Source: a virus. From it: 64,000 bases of DNA. The notes below the pieces were generated by a model. That model had not been told where the DNA came from and did not search any database. It was given only the letters and a program-made list of their open reading frames with translations. A program made the translations under genes and the position numbers. Position 1 is the first letter of the stretch. Each line of letters opens with the position of its first letter. Positions 58,498 through 64,000 of the stretch are shown piece after piece. The stretch lies in the IMG/VR virus record IMGVR_UViG_3300020048_000042, positions 32,001 to 96,000 of that record; one strand, given 5' to 3'.

Positions 58498-59054
58498 AAT
58501 CCTTTACGAATGTTCCTGTACTTTTTGCCATTTTGTAACTCATCAATACTCAAAGGTTGATAGCCAATTAAATGTGCATCAACATTATAGTACTTGTCAA
58601 GAGTTGGTTTAGGTTCACTGCCTTCATCCAGGTACTTATTATTCACAACAACTTCCTCAAGTCTATTTACATGGTGAATGTGAGCATGGATATTTCCACG
58701 ATAAAACTGTACCTCATTTGGGTGTATAGGTACATGTGTAATTATAAAACCTTTATAATCTACAGCACCTGCAACACCATCAACGTACATCATTAACTGT
58801 TTAACGTTCTGATGCTTGTCATGATTACCTAGTACTACAATCTTTCTTCCATTAAGTAGATCTAATTTGTAGTAATCATTTGGCTTTTCCATTGTGACAT
58901 CTCCAACAATGTAAGTTGTGTCTCGCTTACTGACAACCTTGTTCCACTCTGCAATAAGATGAGCGTCATGCTCTTCAGCATTATCCCATTTTCTATACTT
59001 TCCAATATTGGTATGTCCAAAGTGTAGACACCCAATGAATCTTACAATACTCAT
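58494..59054 (-). CDS. Calcineurin-like phosphoesterase (phage type)
   Basis: GCLHFGH, GDV, GNHD, THVP and HAHIH motifs. Confidence 0.82.
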   Translation of the reverse strand: MSIVRFIGCLHFGHTNIGKYRKWDNAEEHDAHLIAEWNKVVSKRDTTYIVGDVTMEKPNDYYKLDLLNGRKIVVLGNHDKHQNVKQLMMYVDGVAGAVDYKGFIITHVPIHPNEVQFYRGNIHAHIHHVNRLEEVVVNNKYLDEGSEPKPTLDKYYNVDAHLIGYQPLSIDELQNGKKYRNIRKGL

Positions 59055-59076
59055 TGTATCTATTTTAAAAAATTAG

Positions 59077-59186
59077 TAGTCATGACAGGATTCAAACCTG
59101 TGACCTGAACCTGATGTATTGCATGCCATGGTAGGCTATCCTTTACATTTTCAGAGGTTCCGCTCTATCAGCTGAGCTACATGACT
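59077..59186 (-). tRNA. tRNA-like gene with expanded anticodon arm; reads as tRNA-Phe(GAA) if a 35-nt insert (59114-59148) is removed
   Basis: Acceptor AGTCATG/CATGACT plus discriminator A; D arm GCTC-AGCTGATA-GAGC; anticodon stem GAACCT/AGGTTC; variable AGGTC; T arm ACAGG-TTTGAAT-CCTGT; no encoded CCA. Confidence 0.75.
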
Positions 59187-59345
59187 TGAGGTTGAGAACC
59201 TCTGTGTTGTGAAAACATCATCCCCGTTATCACACGACCTTCATATCTCACATGAACAACACATTTGAAGGTTATTTCACTGCAACCTACAAGCGTTCCC
59301 TAACATCAGAGACCAATCTCACAAGTTTTAAATGGATGTGAGACC
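59187..59345 (-). ncRNA. Structured leader / candidate ncRNA upstream of the tRNA-like gene
   Basis: Perfect stems at 59317-23/59337-43 (7 bp), 59237-43/59266-72 (7 bp) and 59188-93/59197-202 (6 bp); no ORF. Confidence 0.45.
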
Positions 59346-59348
59346 ATA

Positions 59349-59918
59349 TTATCTAATCTTGGCCATCATTGCCTTAAGCTCTGCAGCTGTCTTGACGTTG
59401 ATGACTGTTAACCTGTTGACAGGTTTTGTAAATGACAAAGGTACTGTTGATACCATGTAATGCATGTTATGTTCAATATAAATCTCTTCTGGAGTAAAAC
59501 CAAATACTGCATCTCCATTAGTTCCATATGAACCATCTTCTGCAGGACTAGGTAATATAGCAGAACCTGCTGAATAATCACCATTAGGATCATCTACTAA
59601 TTGATCAGTATTAGTAAGCTGAGAATTTACAGAAGAAATCTTATTTACTTGATAGTAACCAATTGGATCTGAAACACCTTCTACAAATACATACATGTAA
59701 AAGGAAATTGTTCTATCATTCTGCAGCTTGAATCTCTTGATGAGATTATCACGCTCTAATGACCATGAAATCTTTGGAGCTGGTTGAATTGCGTTCAAAT
59801 CTCTCTGATTGATTTCTGTTCTTGCTTGCTCATCTAATGCAGATGTGTTGTCTGCTTTAGTACGACCACATGATGTTACTACAAACATCAATAATAAAAT
59901 TGCTAATAATTGTTTCAT
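59349..59918 (-). CDS. Lipoprotein of unknown function
   Basis: MKQLLAILLLMFVVTS-C signal; conserved-looking SLER.NL..R and P.P.EDGSYG.N motifs. Confidence 0.7.
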   Translation of the reverse strand: MKQLLAILLLMFVVTSCGRTKADNTSALDEQARTEINQRDLNAIQPAPKISWSLERDNLIKRFKLQNDRTISFYMYVFVEGVSDPIGYYQVNKISSVNSQLTNTDQLVDDPNGDYSAGSAILPSPAEDGSYGTNGDAVFGFTPEEIYIEHNMHYMVSTVPLSFTKPVNRLTVINVKTAAELKAMMAKIR

Positions 59919-59923
59919 GTTTT

Positions 59924-60316
59924 TTAATTGTTACAGTTAAACTCCTGATTACTTAATTGATATGGTAGACTACTAGACTTCCATAAGCTACGTCCCCACA
60001 TCTTTGATTTGGCATTGTACTCTTCAATCCATCTGTTGAGATTTGTTCTCAATGTAAGGATTCTTTGTGCTTTACTGAATTGCTCAAACATTACGTCTGT
60101 TTCAGGCACATCTTTCATGTTGCAGATATCAGTATTCAGTTTGCTACAAGTGTTGTAGATTTCCTGGAACTCTTCATAGTTCTGCACTGCTGTGTCAATA
60201 CGAGTTGCTTCACGCATTTTGTGAACTATAAATCCACCAATTGACAATACTATGGATAAACCTATTACCCAATAGATGATTCTTTTTAAGAATCTTAAAT
60301 CTTCTTTATCACTCAT
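59924..60316 (-). CDS. Single-TM protein with periplasmic helical domain
   Basis: TM IIYWVIGLSIVLSIGGFIV; C-terminal YNAKSKMWGR..WK...LP motif. Confidence 0.65.
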   Translation of the reverse strand: MSDKEDLRFLKRIIYWVIGLSIVLSIGGFIVHKMREATRIDTAVQNYEEFQEIYNTCSKLNTDICNMKDVPETDVMFEQFSKAQRILTLRTNLNRWIEEYNAKSKMWGRSLWKSSSLPYQLSNQEFNCNN

Positions 60317-60340
60317 TTGTTTAAACTTTAAAAATTTAAC

Positions 60341-60814
60341 TTATTGCGCAAGCATATACGTAAATGCTGCAGAACTACTTGTCATCTTAAACTCATGGGT
60401 TTCTTCCCCACAAGCTTCATCGTTTACTCTTATTTTTAAAAGAGAACTTGCCTTAAAATCATCAACAAAACTAGCATTGCTTATCATATCTGTGATTATG
60501 AATACAGTTTTGTGACTTTCACTGGTTAATCCTGTAAATGTGTATTTCTTGTAGACATTATTCACTAAGAATGCCATCTCCACAATTGGTTCCACATCAC
60601 ATGTGTATGTACCACTAACGTATAAAGCAATTTCACCTTCTACGTTTTCCAATTTTACAAAGACATTATTTTTCCTGTAAGTGGATGCACTGACGTCGCA
60701 ATACGCAATTCTGTATGCATTATCAAGCCCATTGTCTACTGTCTTATAAATCCATTGGCTATAAGACATAAATGCTGTCATTAGCATTGTTGTTACTAAG
60801 AATAACTGTTTCAT
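60341..60814 (-). CDS. Secreted protein with Bacteroidota-style signal peptide
   Basis: MKQLFLVTTMLMTAFMSYS-QW (cleavage before Q). Confidence 0.6.
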   Translation of the reverse strand: MKQLFLVTTMLMTAFMSYSQWIYKTVDNGLDNAYRIAYCDVSASTYRKNNVFVKLENVEGEIALYVSGTYTCDVEPIVEMAFLVNNVYKKYTFTGLTSESHKTVFIITDMISNASFVDDFKASSLLKIRVNDEACGEETHEFKMTSSSAAFTYMLAQ

Positions 60815-61425
60815 TTTTTTCTTCTTTTTGGTAATTTAACAGGTGGCTCAACAAATGGACTTACATCAGTTTCTGAAGTAAAAAGTCCTTCTTCAAGATG
60901 AGAATTGATATGATTTTCAAGAGACTCACCAATGTTTTTTAAGTAATTGATCATCATCATCCTTTGATCTGCTTTTATAGATATTTCTGACTTTAAGTCT
61001 TCAACTTTGTTTTCATCTATAACATCCAGTTCATTTTCAAACTTTAAACCTGCCTGTAAACTACTGATAATTAATTCATGACTTACTTGTTGCGTATGTA
61101 AAGTAACAATGCCATCTACAACATTACACTCACTAATCTTTATCTCTGTTGAAGGAGTGTACTCCACATGACCAATTAAAGATTCTATGTCAGGCATAGT
61201 GAGTCTTGTAGTGTCAAGCAGAGCTTTAAGCTTAGTAACACGATGTGTTACCTGATCACTTAACTCAGTATTACCAACGTTTTTGGTAATGTGAAAGGTC
61301 TTACGATTGTACAACTTAAAGAACAAAACCAAAAAACGACTAAGTTCAAAAGGATTTTCTTCAGTTTTTTCTTTTATGTCCTTTGCATAATAAAGGTCAT
61401 CTAGTGTATTTAATTCCATATGCAT
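60811..61425 (-). CDS. Hypothetical protein
   Basis: 204-aa ORF with ATGA overlap. Confidence 0.5.
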   Translation of the reverse strand: MHMELNTLDDLYYAKDIKEKTEENPFELSRFLVLFFKLYNRKTFHITKNVGNTELSDQVTHRVTKLKALLDTTRLTMPDIESLIGHVEYTPSTEIKISECNVVDGIVTLHTQQVSHELIISSLQAGLKFENELDVIDENKVEDLKSEISIKADQRMMMINYLKNIGESLENHINSHLEEGLFTSETDVSPFVEPPVKLPKRRKK

Positions 61426-61435
61426 AAAAATAATA

Positions 61436-61467
61436 TAAACCCCAGAAGTTTAAACTCCCAGGGTTTA
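61436..61467 (-). terminator. Possible terminator after the vWA gene
   Basis: TAAACCC...GGGTTTA inverted repeat. Confidence 0.4.
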
Positions 61468-61470
61468 AAG

Positions 61471-63333
61471 TTACAACATTACACGCTCTTTTACAAGTTT
61501 GTCAATCTTCCGCGACATGTACCCTACCATTTCACGTGGTAAATCTTTGATGTTTGTCATCTTAATAAAGTGATCAAACATTTGAGAAGAAGGTACAGAC
61601 TCTTCAATTGCAATCTGTATAATTTGGAAACCAAGATTTTGAGCCTTGCTTACCTTAGCACGTGTGTCATTAATTGCAGATTGACCACCATAGTCATATG
61701 CAGCAGGTTGACCATCAGACAAAACAAACAACAAACCTACGTCTTCTGTCTGTTTTCTGATACGCTTAGCAGTTGCAAGAATCGCGTCACCATCACGGTT
61801 GTTAGATCTTGCTGAAACTGTACCTAAAGCATGAGGTTCTGCGTGAAACTTAGGCTCACGATAGATTCTGATTTGAGTAGTACCATATCCACTTTCGTCT
61901 GCTGTATGACCATATATGTACAATTGCACATCACGCATACCTTTGAAGACTTCGTTGATAAAGATAGCAGCTTCACGTGCTTTCTGAATTTTACTTCCAC
62001 ACATTGAACCAGACTCATCAATAAGAACACCTACACAGATCTTATCAGTTTTTACTTGACCATAACGCTCATACACAGTTGGTACTCTTTGAACTGCCTC
62101 AGCAATCTTATTAGTATCCAATCTACCTGAACGCATAGACTTCATAGCAAACTGATAGTCCTTGCTTTTTCGTGCAAACAATTTCTGTAACACTGCAGCT
62201 TTGGTTGTGTCAATATTCTTCACACAACGTTGATAAGATGCTTTGTCAGAGTTAGCTTTGATAAAATTAACAGTTCCATCGCTTGCAGAACCTTCAGATT
62301 CATAGTCTATGTGCTTTCTAGCCATTGGCTCTTCTGTCATGTCTTCAACAAAATCCTCAAATGCTGCCATTTCAGCTTCATCACCTTCATCTGCATCGTC
62401 TTTACCAAAAGAGTCTTCCATTAAGTCTTTTGCAAAGTCATTGACTTCACTTTTACTCATGCCTGGCGCACCTGAACCAGGTGATTTTGATTCGTCTTCT
62501 CCTTCTCCACCATCGTCATCATCTTCACCACCTTCGCCACCACCAGGTGGTTCTTCTTCTTCTTCTACATACTTGTAGACAATGTTTGCAAGACTTGTAG
62601 CCATTGACATACAATCGTCACTTGTACCAGGTATACCACCATGCTTCTTAAGAAGTCTTTCAATCTGCTTAAGTGGTGCAGCGAACTCTTCAAGTTCTTC
62701 TTCAGTCACATTTGCAGGATATCTCAACATTCTTGTCAGAAGGTCTAGAAGTCTTTTTTGTGGCTTTTCATGCTCACCTAAAGGCTCATAGTTTTTATCA
62801 TACAAATGGTCTTTGTATTTCTGCACAAATTTCAAGTAACCAGGTAATCTGTTTGAAAGCTTTTTGTCAATACGCTCAGTATTCAAGACACTAAACATGT
62901 AGTCTTTCAAAGAGAAGTGTTTTCTTGAAGTATCTCTGCAGGTGATAGATTTACCATATTCGCTTGTAGTCTGCATTGATGCAAGTGCAGCGTTTTGTAT
63001 AGCAGCACCATAAAATGCATCAAGAATATCAGGATCTGGTTCACGATACTTACCTTCCTCATCCTTTAACATATGAACAGGAATCTGCAACTGAGTGTTT
63101 TTCTTTGGGTCTCCTGCCTTGTATTCAAAGGTTTTTGGAACTCCAATCACTCTAAACATAGAGCCAATCATCTTTGCAGATACTTGTAAACTGTCTGTGG
63201 ACTTTGTAAAGAAAGAAGAGTAATTACTTCTTCCACTATCCCAGTTAAAGAATCTGTTAGTGTTGTCCTTGTAAGTGTAGGATTCTTCTTGTCTTCTGCC
63301 AAACCAATCTTTGGCGTAGTTATTTTTGCTCAT
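61471..63333 (-). CDS. von Willebrand factor A (MIDAS) protein, CobT/NorD-like partner of a MoxR ATPase
   Basis: LIDESGSM, YGHT, NRDG.AI and VLSDGQP motifs; acidic Gly-rich linker. Confidence 0.88.
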   Translation of the reverse strand: MSKNNYAKDWFGRRQEESYTYKDNTNRFFNWDSGRSNYSSFFTKSTDSLQVSAKMIGSMFRVIGVPKTFEYKAGDPKKNTQLQIPVHMLKDEEGKYREPDPDILDAFYGAAIQNAALASMQTTSEYGKSITCRDTSRKHFSLKDYMFSVLNTERIDKKLSNRLPGYLKFVQKYKDHLYDKNYEPLGEHEKPQKRLLDLLTRMLRYPANVTEEELEEFAAPLKQIERLLKKHGGIPGTSDDCMSMATSLANIVYKYVEEEEEPPGGGEGGEDDDDGGEGEDESKSPGSGAPGMSKSEVNDFAKDLMEDSFGKDDADEGDEAEMAAFEDFVEDMTEEPMARKHIDYESEGSASDGTVNFIKANSDKASYQRCVKNIDTTKAAVLQKLFARKSKDYQFAMKSMRSGRLDTNKIAEAVQRVPTVYERYGQVKTDKICVGVLIDESGSMCGSKIQKAREAAIFINEVFKGMRDVQLYIYGHTADESGYGTTQIRIYREPKFHAEPHALGTVSARSNNRDGDAILATAKRIRKQTEDVGLLFVLSDGQPAAYDYGGQSAINDTRAKVSKAQNLGFQIIQIAIEESVPSSQMFDHFIKMTNIKDLPREMVGYMSRKIDKLVKERVML

Positions 63334-63366
63334 AAAATTGAGTTAATGATTAATACTAATAGAAAA

Positions 63367-63394
63367 GAGAGAGTATCACAGATGACACTCTCTC
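63367..63394. terminator. Stem-loop between the AAA+ and vWA genes
   Basis: GAGAGAGT-12nt-ACTCTCTC perfect 8-bp stem. Confidence 0.5.
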
Positions 63395-63427
63395 AGTATT
63401 CTACATTGCTGATCCTACTACAGCATG

Positions 63428-64000
63428 CTAAAACGCAGATACAATAGAAAGTACCTTGCTACGCTCAGACACGCCAATACCATCTTCAAATAGAGGCATA
63501 ATAGTAGACAACAATGCTTTGTCTACATCAAACCCATCAGCAACTAAGCTAGCTGCTTGAAGTGTGTGACGAACTGAAATCGCAGAAGATAATTCCTGCT
63601 CTTTGTACTGCTTACGTATTTCATTGGAAACACGCACAATTGCAGTTGCAGCTTTTTCCTCAACACCTGTACGAAGCATGATGATTTTAATCTCATCTTC
63701 TTGTTGAGGATAGTCAAGCTCAATAGGAAAGAAACGGTCAAGCAATGCTCTATCTATTGCCTGTGTACCAGAGTACTCAGAACCAATATTAGCAGTTGCA
63801 AAGAACACAGTGTTTTCATTCACTTGAACAGTTCTTTCACCTTCATCGCAAGCGATATCAACAGGCAAATAACGTCTTTTGTCCAAACATGGAAATAAAA
63901 TGTTATTTGCTGCAAGTGGTGAACGATTAAGCTCATCTAACAACACAATTCCTCCAGACTTGATATGTCCTACAAAAGGAGCATAATCAAACGCTGAATG
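63428..64000 (-). CDS. MoxR-family (CbbQ/NorQ/CobS-like) AAA+ ATPase, C-terminal part; continues beyond the window
   Basis: Frame open to position 64000 (HSAFDYAPFVGHIKSGGIVLLDELNR); Walker B LLDELNR, ATAN, DRALLDRF and SVR lid motif. Confidence 0.9.
   Translation of the reverse strand, partial: HSAFDYAPFVGHIKSGGIVLLDELNRSPLAANNILFPCLDKRRYLPVDIACDEGERTVQVNENTVFFATANIGSEYSGTQAIDRALLDRFFPIELDYPQQEDEIKIIMLRTGVEEKAATAIVRVSNEIRKQYKEQELSSAISVRHTLQAASLVADGFDVDKALLSTIMPLFEDGIGVSERSKVLSIVSAF

Noticed and set aside
59112-59155. Archaeal bulge-helix-bulge splice motif in the tRNA insert
   Set aside because: Positions 32-35 (CTGA) do not pair with intron positions -6 to -3 (ATAC). The possible pairings put both bulges on the same strand.
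59112-59155. Alternative anticodon readings Ser(TGA) or Met(CAT)
   Set aside because: Both need a non-U at position 33, and Ser would need a long variable arm. Phe(GAA) is the only reading giving a canonical loop.
54153-59346. Clustering of GGTCTC/GAGACC hexamers in the two non-coding regions as a restriction-site or cloning artefact
   Set aside because: A few copies of a 6-mer are not evidence of engineering. They are noted only as part of the shared motif in the ncRNA candidates.
1-64000. Stop-codon reassignment as seen in some crAss-like phages
   Set aside because: Very long ORFs are intact under code 11. TAG (e.g. 25282-25284) and TGA (ATGA overlaps) act as real stops with the next gene starting immediately.

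Overview
This is a 64-kb segment of a large AT-rich lytic phage genome, most similar to crAss-like (phi14:2-type) phages. The host is probably Bacteroidota, inferred from TAnnTTTG promoters, A-rich Shine-Dalgarno-less starts and lipoprotein signals. The + strand from 1-27.6 kb carries a tandem of giant virion/ejection proteins, then a tail/receptor module (beta-helix and BspA-type LRR proteins). The tandem includes a 4137-aa zincin plus DFDID virion RNA polymerase and a 2027-aa PD-(D/E)XK plus transmembrane protein. A + strand lysis module sits at 30.9-32.7 kb. The - strand carries class II RNR, dNMP kinase, family B DNA polymerase, primase, SSB, Sak4-like ATPase, DnaB, UNG, an SF2 helicase and dUTPase. 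It also carries a four-gene DUF-type cassette, many small accessory ORFs and a MoxR AAA+/vWA pair. Four observations stand out. (1) The nearly Cys-free giant virion proteins place six of their seven cysteines at the termini facing the neighbouring gene, suggesting a head-to-tail linked ejection chain. (2) A tRNA-Phe-like gene has a 35-nt self-pairing insert at 37/38, a compensatory A19:U56 elbow and a structured leader. (3) A 19-nt repeat sits at consecutive small-gene junctions. (4) A 470-bp repeat-rich non-coding region lies at 54.0-54.4 kb. No database searches were possible, so all family names come from motif recognition by eye.
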